Shown here in pieces: positions 17,524-26,351 of a stretch of 64,000 nucleotides of DNA. Source of the DNA: Myxococcota bacterium (lineage in GTDB: Bacteria; Myxococcota_A; UBA796; CAJQPC01). The first letter of the stretch is position 1; each line of letters starts with the position of its first letter. Location: NCBI GenBank assembly GCA_036229005.1, contig JAZAMN010000052.1:96001-160000 (forward strand). Reading direction: 5' to 3'. The notes under the pieces were generated by a model, which searched no databases, was not told the DNA's origin, and saw nothing but the letters and a program-made list of their open reading frames with translations. Both the position numbers and the translations under genes were made by a program.

Positions 17524-19083
17524 ATGAGCACCCCCGCCCGCGAGGCCCTCGACGCCCTCATCGAGCAGTTCTCGGAGCGCTCCGCCGCCATCCGCGAGCT
17601 CGTACAGAACAGCCTGGACGCCGGCGCCGGCAGCGTGGAGCTCCGCATCGAGCAGCAGGGCCGCAAGCTCCGGATCCACCTGGTCGACGACGGCCACGGC
17701 ATGGACCGCGCCTGCATCCAGGACAACCTGCTGACCCTCTTCCGCTCCAACAAAGAGGACGACCAGACCAAGATCGGCCGCTTCGGCGTCGGCTTCGTCT
17801 CCATCTTCGCCCTGGAGCCCGAGCTGGTCGTGGTGGACACCGGGCGCGACGGCCTGCACCACCGCGTCGTGTTCGACGCCAAGCAGCGCTTCACCCTGGC
17901 CCAGGTCGACGAGCCCTTCGAGGGCACCGCCGTCACCCTCACCCTCCGGAGCTGGGGAAAGCCCGCCGGTGAGCTCGCCCAGGAGCTGCGCGCCGCCCTC
18001 CACTACTGGTGCCGCTACGCCCGCGCCGAGATCTGGTGCGAGGCCCAGGGCGAGGGTTGGGAGGGCTGGCCCGAAGAGCGCGTCCAGGCCCCCTGGGAGG
18101 TCGACAGCCCCCTGCGGGTACAGGTGGAGGAGGACGGGCTGAGGGCCTCTCTAGGCTACCACGCCCACCGCCTGGCCCCCGTGGGCTACTACAACCGCGG
18201 ACTGACGCTCCTGGAGGCAGACGAGGACACACTGCCCGGGGTCAGCTTCCGGGTCGAGGCCGGGGCGCTGGAGCACACCATCACCCGCGACAACGTGCTG
18301 CGCGACGGCCACTGGGAGCTGGTGATCCAGCGCCTGCGCCGCGCCGAACAGGAGCAGCTCCGCCCCGCCCTGCTGGAGGCCCTGCGCGCCGCCATCCAGG
18401 CCCAGGACTGGGAGCGACACCGCGCGCTCCTGGCCGTCTGCCCCCACGTCCCCCTCCCCGACGACGAGCCTCTGCTGCGCCGCGCCGGCGGCGGTCTCGC
18501 GGCCCTGGGCGCCGTCCCCAAGCGCTTTCTGGGCCCGCGCCGCGTCCTGTGGGCCCCCGGCCCCAGCCCCCTGGTCGAGGCCCTGGAGCAGGACGGCCAC
18601 CTGGTCCTGCTGGGCCCCCCCGGCGAGCGCCCCGAGTTCGCCCTGCTGCACGCCGTCTACCCCGAGGTGCTCAGCGAAGAGGCCCCGGCCACCTACCTCT
18701 TTCCTCGCCTGGCCCCGGATCCCCCCTGGCTGGCGTCGCTGGAGTCCACGCTCAAGCGGTGGGCCGATCAGTCCCCCAGGGGCCACACAGCCCCTCCCTC
18801 CCCCGGCCGCCGGGAGCGCGTCCACGCAGCCCACTTCCAGGGCGGCGGCACCCAGCTCGAGGGCCGCCTGATCCTGCGACAGCGCGCCCCCGGCAGCCTG
18901 GAGGCCTGGGACGGCCGCCCCGACAAGGGGAGCTGGCTCATCAACCTGGATCACCCCCTGGTCGCCGAGGCCGCTGGGCTCTCCCCCGAGCGCGCCGGCG
19001 TGGGGCTCGCGGTGGCGGCCGTGCGGGCGCTGGGCTCCGGTGCGCCGCTGCCCGCCGATCTGCTGGACGGGGTGGCCCCATGA
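17524..19083 (+). CDS. Hsp90/HtpG-like GHKL ATPase (compact, 519 aa)
   Basis: All four Bergerat motifs: IRELVQNSLDA, DDGHGM, KIGRFGVGF, GTAVTL. M-domain-like LEHTITRDNVLRD; C-terminal LINLDHPLV. Confidence 0.85.
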   Translation: MSTPAREALDALIEQFSERSAAIRELVQNSLDAGAGSVELRIEQQGRKLRIHLVDDGHGMDRACIQDNLLTLFRSNKEDDQTKIGRFGVGFVSIFALEPELVVVDTGRDGLHHRVVFDAKQRFTLAQVDEPFEGTAVTLTLRSWGKPAGELAQELRAALHYWCRYARAEIWCEAQGEGWEGWPEERVQAPWEVDSPLRVQVEEDGLRASLGYHAHRLAPVGYYNRGLTLLEADEDTLPGVSFRVEAGALEHTITRDNVLRDGHWELVIQRLRRAEQEQLRPALLEALRAAIQAQDWERHRALLAVCPHVPLPDDEPLLRRAGGGLAALGAVPKRFLGPRRVLWAPGPSPLVEALEQDGHLVLLGPPGERPEFALLHAVYPEVLSEEAPATYLFPRLAPDPPWLASLESTLKRWADQSPRGHTAPPSPGRRERVHAAHFQGGGTQLEGRLILRQRAPGSLEAWDGRPDKGSWLINLDHPLVAEAAGLSPERAGVGLAVAAVRALGSGAPLPADLLDGVAP

Positions 19084-22000
19084 GCACCCGGGAGCAGGCC
19101 CTGGAGGACGCCGAGGTCCTGCTGGAGGGCGAGTTCAAGCTGGACCGCGCCCGCGCCATGGACAAGCTGGCGCGCTTCCAGCTCGAGGAGCCCCACCGCT
19201 ACGTCCTGGAGCTGCTCGCTGCCGCCATCCGCGGGGGCGCCCAGTTCGTGGAGATCCTCAACGACGCCGACGACTTCGTGATCGAGTGGGAGGGCGACAC
19301 CCCCACCCCCGCCGAGCTGGAGCAGCTCTTTGAGCACATCTTCCTGCGCGAGGGCGACGACCGCAGCCGCATGCTCCAGCACCTGGCCCAGGGCCTCCAC
19401 GCCGCCCTGGCCCTCAAGCCCCGGTGGCTGCACTTCGAGCGCCCCGGCGCCCGCTTCGAGATGGACAGCAGCGGCGCCCTCCACGGCAGCCCCCACGACC
19501 GCAGCAGCGGCACCCGCATCCACCTCCGGGAGCGCCTGAGCCTGGACATGCTCCGGGAGTGGCTGGGCACCCCGCGCGAGACCTGGCTGCTCCAGGAGTT
19601 CGCCGCCCACGCCCCCATCCCGCTGATCCTCAACGGCGAGGCCATGGAGCGCGCCCGCCCCCCCGCCGACCAGCGCCCCCGCGCGCAACAGGGCCACAGC
19701 TGCATCTGGCTGGAGGTCAGCGGCGCCAGCCCCGGGGTGGCCCTGATCCGCGACGGCCTGCGCATCGAGCACCTGCCCATCCAGCTCGGCCCCCTCCAGC
19801 TCACCGGGTGGTGGCACGCCGACGCGCTGCGCCTGAACGCCTCTCGGTCCAAGGTCGCGCGGCGTGCGGATCTACGCCCCCTGCGTACCCACCTCCTCAA
19901 GTCCATCCTGCCCGCGCTTGAGCAGCACCTGGACCACCCGCGAGGTCACTTCGAGCGCGCCCAGATCCAGCTCGCCGCCCTGGCCCTGGTAGCGGAGCTT
20001 GGCCGCAAGCACCTGGATTCACTCGGGGATCGCCCCCTCTTCCTGGACCTGACCGGCCGCAGCTTCTCCCTGGAGGCGCTGGCCAGTCACAAGAAGATCT
20101 GGCTCACCAGCCGCCCGGGGCTCGCCTCCCGGCTGGAGCGCGCGCCCCAGTTCCTGGAGGGCGAGGGCCAGGACCCCATGGACCGCAACAGCCTGCAGCT
20201 CGCGGCCCTCCAGGCGCGCTTCCCCGGCCGCCTCATCAACGCCGACGCCGCCCTGCGCGACAACCAGGAGGGCGAGGCCCGCCGCTCCGCCCTGCTGCGC
20301 GCCGACCCCGAGCTGCCCTTCACCCGCGGGCTGCCCGAGCACTTCTCCGGCCCCGGCGGCCTGATCGGCTCCGCCTCGGTGCTGGGCGGCGGCAGCGTCG
20401 CCCGGGTGGAGTTCTGGGTGGACGAGCTCCCCGTCGAGACCCTGGCCGTCAACCTGCCCGCCGGCCTGGGGCTGCGGGTGGGGGGCCCCGGGCTGCGGGC
20501 CGACCGCCGCTTCGAGAAGGTGGAGCGCGACGCCGCCTTCAAGGCCGCCCAGGAGCTGGCCCTGGAGCAGGGCCGCCAGTACCTGCTGCACCTCGCCGAG
20601 CACCACGCCGCCGACCCCGACGTGGCCGCCCTGCTGCGCGACTGGCTGGTGCGCCTGGCCCCCCGGGACGCCCTCGACGCCCTGGACCCCGCGCTGGCCC
20701 AGGCCCCCCTGTTCACCGACGGGCTGGGGCAGCGCCGCAGCGTCCGCGAGCTCGCGGCCTGGCTCAAGGCGGACGGCCGCATCGAGATCGCCGCCGGGGA
20801 GCCCGCCGGCGCCCCCTTCCCCCGGACCCTCGCCACCGACGACAGCGCCCGCCGCACCCTGCGCGCCTGCTTCGGACACCGGGCCCTGCTGGACCTCAGC
20901 CAGCGCATCGAGGACCACCGCCACGCCCAGCTCCGCCGCGCCGCCGCCCTGCCGCGCCCCATGCGCCTGGAGCGCCACCTGATCGCCCGCGTGCCGGTGG
21001 CCGCCGAGGGCCTCTACGGCGAGCTCGGCCTGTCCCCGGTGGAGGACCGCGCCTTCACCGAGGTCCAGCTCTTCCGCTCCGGCGTGGACCTGGGCACCCT
21101 GCTGGTGGACCTGGGCGTGCCCGGCACCCTGGCCATCCTGAGCTGGGAGGGCCTGGAGCCCGACGCCCGCTGGGAGGCCCCCGCCCACCCCGAGCGCGAC
21201 CGTCGCACCCTCGCGCGCCTGCTCAAGCCCTTCGTGGCCCCCCTGCTCCAGGGCGTCCTGGGCGCCCTGCCCCTGCCCAGCGAGCGCATGCCCGCCTGGG
21301 TCGGGAACGTCCTGGACAGCAGCAGCGCCGCCATCGAGCCCCTGCTCCAGGCCCCCCTCTTCCTGGACGCCAGCGGAGGCACCTGGAGCGTCGTGGAGCT
21401 GGAGGCCCGCGCCCTGGGCGCCCGCATCCCCGTCCTGGGCCCCGGCAGCCCCCGGGTGCCCGATCGCCTGCGCCACGCCCTGCTCCTGGACGGCCCCCGC
21501 TACGCCGCGCTGCGCCGGCGCATGGCCGAGAGCCTCTGGGACGCCTCCCTGTGGCTGGAGCAGTGGCACCAGGCGCGCACCGCCTTCTTCGAGCGCGCCC
21601 CCCTGCCCCCCTGGCGAGAAGACAGCGACCCCGGCCTGCGGCGCTTCAGCCACCAGGGCCTGGAGCTGCAGGTCCTCCCCGCGGACGCCCCCAGCCACAC
21701 CCAGGGCCTCAAGCTCAGCCTGCTCTTCGAGGGCCGCCCCCTCCAGACCCTGGTGCTCCCCAGCGCCATCCCGGCCAGAGCCCGCCTCAGCGGCCCCGCC
21801 CTGCTCCCCGACGACCGCTACGCCGGCACCCAGGACCCCGAGAACCTCAGCCTCCTGCGGAGCTGGTGGGCCGCCGACTGCCTGGAGCAGTGCATCCAGG
21901 ACTGGCTCCCCGACGCGCGCCTTCCCCGCGCCCAGCGCCTGCTCCTGCTGGGTCAGGTCCTGGACCTCCAGCCCGCCCCCCCAGGCCTCGCCGCCCTCAA

Positions 22001-24368
22001 GGCGGCCCCCCTGATCAACACCCCGCGCGGGGACCGGGCCTCCTTCGAGCAGCTCCTGCAGGCCAGCGCCAACAGCGCCCTCCTGCTCATCAGCCCCCGC
22101 CTCGCCGCGCTCGTCCCCGACGACGACCGCCTCTGGGTGATCCCCGAGCCCAGCCTCCGGCCCCTGCTCGCCCGCCTTCCCTCGGAGCCCCTCGACGGCG
22201 ATCTGGAGCTCTCCAGGCTGGACGAGGGCCGCCGCAACCGCGCCCGCTCCCGCATCACGCCCCTCTGGCAGCCCGGCCCCTGGGAGGCCGCCGCCCGCTT
22301 CACCGCCGGACCCGCCGCGCTCTTTGTCTGCATCGCCCCCCACCCCAGGGACACCCAGCGCATCTGGCGCGTCGAGGGCCGCAGCGTCCAGGCCGACCGC
22401 GTCCCGGAGTGGCCGCCCGAGCTCCAGGTCCACGTGGAGCACCCAGAGCTCCGCGCCAACACCGCGTTCAACGCCGTCGTGGACGCCCCCCTGCTGGCCG
22501 AGCTGCGCACCCTCAGCGACCAGGCCGTCGCCGCCCTGCTGGCCGCCCTCTGCGGCGTCGCCGACCCCCGCCTCTCCGAGCTCCAGGTCCCCCGCCCCGA
22601 GGCCATCCCCCGCACCCTGCTGCGCTACGGCGCCTCCCGCCCGCGGGTCGACGCTCTCTGGGGCGAGCACCCCCTGGTCAGCGACAGCCAGAGCCGCCCC
22701 CTCAGCGCCCGCGACCTGCGCACCCTGGGCCGCCGCGGCATCCCCGTCATCTCCTCCGGCCGCATGGGCCCCGGCCTGGACCCCGAGCGCCCGCTCATCC
22801 CCGCCACCCAGGCCCTGCGCGACCTGCTGGAGCGCTGGGGACGCCTCCAGGACGCCGAGTCCGACTGGCAGGCCGCCCGCGAGCGCGACCGCCGCATGGC
22901 CATGGCCCCCGTCCAGCGCAGCCCGGCCCAGAACGCCCCGTGGGTCCACCCGCTGAGCCCGCCTCACCAGGGCTTCGTCCAGGCCGGGGTCCCAGGGGCT
23001 GTGTTGGAGCTGCTGCACCAGGGTCGACCGCTCTGCACCCTGGACTGCGCGGGCCCCGTGCCGCTCTCCGGCGCAGTCGAGGACACCCGCATCCTGCCCA
23101 ACCTCCGCCACGACGCCCCCGAGCAGGGCCCCGCCCTCACCGCCCTCCAGCAGCACCTCACCGAGCTGAGCCGGCAGGCCCTCCAGGCCCTGCTGGTGGC
23201 CCCCGACGCCCTGCCCCTGAGCCAGTGGGTGCCCATCCTCCAGCGCGCCCTCCCCCGCAACCGGGACCGCCGCGGCAAGGGCCGCAACCCCGAGCTGGCC
23301 ACCCTGCCCCTCTTCCCCACCGGCGACGGCGAGCGCCTTAGCCTGGCCCAGCTCCACGACATGCCCGGCGAGCCCCGCTGGGTGACCGCCGACCACGCCA
23401 CCCCCAGCCTGGAGCCCGAGCACCCCTTCCTGGTCGTGCCCAGCGGCCTGATGCTCCCCCTGATCGAGTGGCTGGGCGGCCACGACGCCCAGTCGGAGGC
23501 CCGCGCGGAGGCCGCCCGCCTGCGCAGCCGCCGCGCCAAGGGCCTGGAGGGCAGCGACAAGATGCTGCACAGCCTCCAGCGCAGCCTGATCCCCGGCGAG
23601 CTCCACCTGGGCCTGCGCCGCGGCTTCGGCCAGGGCTGGGTGGACGTGCGCTGCGACGGCATCCCTGTCACCCGCCTGGACTTCCACCTGCCCGGCCTCA
23701 GCGGCGCCCTCGAGGTCGGCCGCGAGCACCTGACCCGCGGCCTGCGGGACCTGCGGGAGCCCGAGCCCTTCCGCCACCAGATCACGGGGGCCTACGCCGA
23801 GCTGATCGCCGCCGCCGCCCCCCGCCTGCGCGAGGGCGGCCTGCTGCGCTGGGAGGTCACCCGCCTGCTCTCCACCCTCAAGAAGGGCCCCGCCGCCAAG
23901 GCCTGGCGCGCCGCCCCCCTGCTGGATGGCCCCAGCGGCCCCTTGAGCCCCGAGCAGGCCGCCAAGGGCTGCGTCTGGTCCCCCCAGCCCATCGACGGCG
24001 CCGTCTGCGTCTACGACAGCCGGGCCAACCGCGGCTTCCTGGAGGCCCTGGGCATCCGCCCCCTGGAGCCCGTCGCCTGGGCCGCCCTCCAGGAGCGCCG
24101 CCGCTCCAAGGCCGCCAAGGCCGCCACCTCCGTGGACAGCGGCTGGCAGAAGCGGGTGGTCAAGCGCAGCCTGGCCCAGCTCTCCGCCGGCCTGCGCCTG
24201 GACCGCGCCCTGCGCAAGCGCGTGCTGGGCCGCAGCATCCCCACCCAGCTCGACAGCGAGCCCAAGCTCCTGCGCTTCACCTGGGAGGCCCTGGATCGCG
24301 AGCTCGCCCGCGCCGGACGCTGGCAGGACTGCGGCCTGGTCGCGGTCCGCGCCGTCGGCCTCCTATAG
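19080..24368 (+). CDS. Large protein (1762 aa): degenerate GHKL N-domain plus seven tandem ~210-aa repeats
   Basis: ATG overlaps the upstream stop (ATGA). GEFKLDRARAMDKLARFQLEEPHRYVLEL N-terminus; PL(F)xDxxGxxxS motif recurs every ~610-670 nt; GC-rich third-position codon usage throughout. Confidence 0.8.
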   Translation: MSTREQALEDAEVLLEGEFKLDRARAMDKLARFQLEEPHRYVLELLAAAIRGGAQFVEILNDADDFVIEWEGDTPTPAELEQLFEHIFLREGDDRSRMLQHLAQGLHAALALKPRWLHFERPGARFEMDSSGALHGSPHDRSSGTRIHLRERLSLDMLREWLGTPRETWLLQEFAAHAPIPLILNGEAMERARPPADQRPRAQQGHSCIWLEVSGASPGVALIRDGLRIEHLPIQLGPLQLTGWWHADALRLNASRSKVARRADLRPLRTHLLKSILPALEQHLDHPRGHFERAQIQLAALALVAELGRKHLDSLGDRPLFLDLTGRSFSLEALASHKKIWLTSRPGLASRLERAPQFLEGEGQDPMDRNSLQLAALQARFPGRLINADAALRDNQEGEARRSALLRADPELPFTRGLPEHFSGPGGLIGSASVLGGGSVARVEFWVDELPVETLAVNLPAGLGLRVGGPGLRADRRFEKVERDAAFKAAQELALEQGRQYLLHLAEHHAADPDVAALLRDWLVRLAPRDALDALDPALAQAPLFTDGLGQRRSVRELAAWLKADGRIEIAAGEPAGAPFPRTLATDDSARRTLRACFGHRALLDLSQRIEDHRHAQLRRAAALPRPMRLERHLIARVPVAAEGLYGELGLSPVEDRAFTEVQLFRSGVDLGTLLVDLGVPGTLAILSWEGLEPDARWEAPAHPERDRRTLARLLKPFVAPLLQGVLGALPLPSERMPAWVGNVLDSSSAAIEPLLQAPLFLDASGGTWSVVELEARALGARIPVLGPGSPRVPDRLRHALLLDGPRYAALRRRMAESLWDASLWLEQWHQARTAFFERAPLPPWREDSDPGLRRFSHQGLELQVLPADAPSHTQGLKLSLLFEGRPLQTLVLPSAIPARARLSGPALLPDDRYAGTQDPENLSLLRSWWAADCLEQCIQDWLPDARLPRAQRLLLLGQVLDLQPAPPGLAALKAAPLINTPRGDRASFEQLLQASANSALLLISPRLAALVPDDDRLWVIPEPSLRPLLARLPSEPLDGDLELSRLDEGRRNRARSRITPLWQPGPWEAAARFTAGPAALFVCIAPHPRDTQRIWRVEGRSVQADRVPEWPPELQVHVEHPELRANTAFNAVVDAPLLAELRTLSDQAVAALLAALCGVADPRLSELQVPRPEAIPRTLLRYGASRPRVDALWGEHPLVSDSQSRPLSARDLRTLGRRGIPVISSGRMGPGLDPERPLIPATQALRDLLERWGRLQDAESDWQAARERDRRMAMAPVQRSPAQNAPWVHPLSPPHQGFVQAGVPGAVLELLHQGRPLCTLDCAGPVPLSGAVEDTRILPNLRHDAPEQGPALTALQQHLTELSRQALQALLVAPDALPLSQWVPILQRALPRNRDRRGKGRNPELATLPLFPTGDGERLSLAQLHDMPGEPRWVTADHATPSLEPEHPFLVVPSGLMLPLIEWLGGHDAQSEARAEAARLRSRRAKGLEGSDKMLHSLQRSLIPGELHLGLRRGFGQGWVDVRCDGIPVTRLDFHLPGLSGALEVGREHLTRGLRDLREPEPFRHQITGAYAELIAAAAPRLREGGLLRWEVTRLLSTLKKGPAAKAWRAAPLLDGPSGPLSPEQAAKGCVWSPQPIDGAVCVYDSRANRGFLEALGIRPLEPVAWAALQERRRSKAAKAATSVDSGWQKRVVKRSLAQLSAGLRLDRALRKRVLGRSIPTQLDSEPKLLRFTWEALDRELARAGRWQDCGLVAVRAVGLL

Positions 24369-25025
24369 ACCGCTCCCCCGCATCAGCCGCCACAGCGCGC
24401 CGGACCCGCCCGCCTCCTCCAGCGCGATGAGCTGCGCGTTCAGGTCCACCAGCGCCAACTCCAGGTCGGTCTCCAGGTCCGGGTTGGGGGAGATCACGTG
24501 CAGCGTCTCCAGCTCCCCGGGAACGCGGGCGAGCTGGATCAGCATCAACAGCTCATCGCCATCGAGCACCTCGACCAAGGGCCAGTGCTCCATCAGCGCG
24601 TGGGCCAACTCCTCCAGGCGGTCGGCCGACAGAGCCAGCAGACCCAGGACCGGCTGCTCCCCCGGCAGTGCAGCCAGCAGCTCACACAGCTCCCGCGGCG
24701 CGCCCAGCTCCCGCAGCGCCCCCGGCGCCGGCAGCACCCGCCCCGACAGATCCACCCGCGCGTCGATCGGGACCACGCCGTCCCCGGCCACCGACGACCA
24801 GCCCTCGCCCAGCCAGGCCACCCGCACGGACGCCGCGCTCAGCCGCCAGTAGAGCCCCGTGTAGAGCGCCAGCCGGGGCGAGATCCCCGAGACCAGCCCC
24901 GCCGTCGTGAAGGCCCGGTCCGGCCCCGTCGAGCGGCCCATGCGCGCCGACGCCGTCCAGCACTGCAGGCCCGGCGTCCGCTCCACCGATGTCAGCTCCA
25001 AGGTGCGCAAGCGGCGACCTCCCAC
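24363..25025 (-). CDS. Hypothetical protein
   Basis: 220-aa ORF with plausible composition filling the gap downstream of the phosphoesterase; start uncertain. Confidence 0.55.
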   Translation of the reverse strand: MGGRRLRTLELTSVERTPGLQCWTASARMGRSTGPDRAFTTAGLVSGISPRLALYTGLYWRLSAASVRVAWLGEGWSSVAGDGVVPIDARVDLSGRVLPAPGALRELGAPRELCELLAALPGEQPVLGLLALSADRLEELAHALMEHWPLVEVLDGDELLMLIQLARVPGELETLHVISPNPDLETDLELALVDLNAQLIALEEAGGSGALWRLMRGSGL

Positions 25026-25031
25026 CCCAGC

Positions 25032-25934
25032 CTAACTGCCCATCTCCGGGGGAGGAGGGGCCGATCCGTAGCGGTGCCAGATGGGCCCACCGCTCCCGCT
25101 CTCTGGCGCCGCGGGCCCCGGAAGGATCTGCCGCACATACGAGGACACACCGACCCCCTGGTGCCAGTGGCGGGGGTAGCCCAGCGCGACCTCTTCAAAG
25201 CGCACCCCATCCCGCCAGTCCGTCGCGCGCATGTGCAGGTGCCCGCTGACCACCACCTGGGCGCGGAAGCGGCGGTGCCACTGCTCGGTCAGCCGCGTCC
25301 CGCACCAGGGCGTGAAGCGCGCCACCCGCTGGGGGAGCCGCACCAGATCCCGCCGCAGCGGCCAGTGGCCCACCAGCAAGGTGCGGGCCTCCGGGGGCAG
25401 CTCGGCCTCCATGCGCCGCTCGGTGCTCTGGACCCGCGCCGCACACCAGCTCTGCAGGTCCGGGTAGGGGTCCGGGTGCCAGAGCCGCTCGTCCGTGCTG
25501 ACGATGTGCTCCTCCCAGGCCCACTTCCTGGCCTGATCGGGGTCCATCCCCTGGGGCCCCATGCTGTAGTCGATGCCCACAAACAGCGGCACCAGCCACA
25601 GCCCCGGGTGCCCCTCGATCGGCCGGTAGGGGCACTCCGGCGTGATCACACCGCGCGCCTGGCACAGCCGCACAAGGCGGTGGTAGCGGGCGCGGCCACG
25701 CAGCTTGGACTCGCAGCTCCGGTGGGTCCACAGCTCGTGGTTCCCGGGCACCCAGACCACCGCGCCGAAGCGCTCCTGGAACACATCCAGGCAGTAGCGG
25801 AGCTGCTCCAGCGTCTCGCCGATGTCCCCCACCAGCAGCACCATGTCCTGCGGATGGGAGGGCAGCTCCAGCAGCGCCTCGCGGTTGGCCTTGTAGCCGA
25901 TGTGGAGGTCCGAGATGGCCCAGATGCGCGTCAT
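25032..25934 (-). CDS. Calcineurin-like metallophosphoesterase, PptH (Rv2795c)-like
   Basis: IWAISDLH, VGDI, VPGNHELWT, PWCGT, SGHLH, DGVRFEEVALGYPRHW. Confidence 0.88.
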   Translation of the reverse strand: MTRIWAISDLHIGYKANREALLELPSHPQDMVLLVGDIGETLEQLRYCLDVFQERFGAVVWVPGNHELWTHRSCESKLRGRARYHRLVRLCQARGVITPECPYRPIEGHPGLWLVPLFVGIDYSMGPQGMDPDQARKWAWEEHIVSTDERLWHPDPYPDLQSWCAARVQSTERRMEAELPPEARTLLVGHWPLRRDLVRLPQRVARFTPWCGTRLTEQWHRRFRAQVVVSGHLHMRATDWRDGVRFEEVALGYPRHWHQGVGVSSYVRQILPGPAAPESGSGGPIWHRYGSAPPPPEMGS

Positions 25935-25987
25935 GGCGTCCCTCTAAGCCGTCGGCCCCCTGCGGCGCCTGCCGGAGCCCTCCAGGC

Positions 25988-26245
25988 CTACTTCACCTCG
26001 TTCACCGACGCGTCCATCTCCGCGTTGAAGTCGGTCCGCAGGGTGATCAGCGGCGTGAACCCGGGGCGCTCGTACTCATCGAGCATGATCAGCTCCGGGC
26101 CGGCCAGCACACCCTCCAGCTCCAGCGCGGTGAAGTCGATGTGGGTCTCGGCCTTGTAGGTCACCTGGGGCTCATCGTCCTGGGCCAGCGCAGGGCTGGC
26201 GACGGCGGCGGCGAGGAGGGAGAGGGCGAGCAGCTTGCGGGTCAT
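25988..26245 (-). CDS. Small secreted CglF/GltF-like gliding motility protein
   Basis: Signal peptide, then YKAETHIDFTALELEGVLAGPE...FTPLITLRTDFNAEMDASV. Matches the recalled CglF pattern (IDF.D..VEGEL.KPE...F.SLI.VR.NF..E..KS). SD GGAG present. Confidence 0.75.
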   Translation of the reverse strand: MTRKLLALSLLAAAVASPALAQDDEPQVTYKAETHIDFTALELEGVLAGPELIMLDEYERPGFTPLITLRTDFNAEMDASVNEVK

Positions 26246-26269
26246 GGGTCACTCCGGTTTGCATCCACC

Positions 26270-26296
26270 TGACACCCGGGGCGCCGGGGCGGTTCC
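26270..26296 (-). promoter_or_regulatory. Candidate ECF-sigma promoter for the cglF-like gene
   Basis: Minus strand GGAACC-N16-TGTCA, ending 24 nt upstream of the start codon. Confidence 0.4.
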
Positions 26297-26351
26297 TGGA
26301 ATCTCCCATCGACGAGGTGCGAACAGCGGACCCTGGCGCTACGTCCACCCC

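Noticed and set aside
18009..19079. N-terminal extension of the 2119-aa ORF
   Set aside because: It overlaps the Hsp90-like gene in another frame and has Arg/Pro/Gly-rich junk composition; the true start is the coupled ATG at 19080
17524..19083. Calling this gene htpG, mutL or a histidine kinase
   Set aside because: It has GHKL motifs but is shorter and divergent from canonical HtpG, lacks the MutL GFRGEAL motif and has no H-box
20019..23777. Very long antisense ORF (1252 aa), and similar ones at 35112-38066, 58810-61845, 40993-42615 and 42680-45136
   Set aside because: These are shadow ORFs opposite well-supported genes, expected in high-GC DNA with few stop codons, and they carry no recognisable motifs
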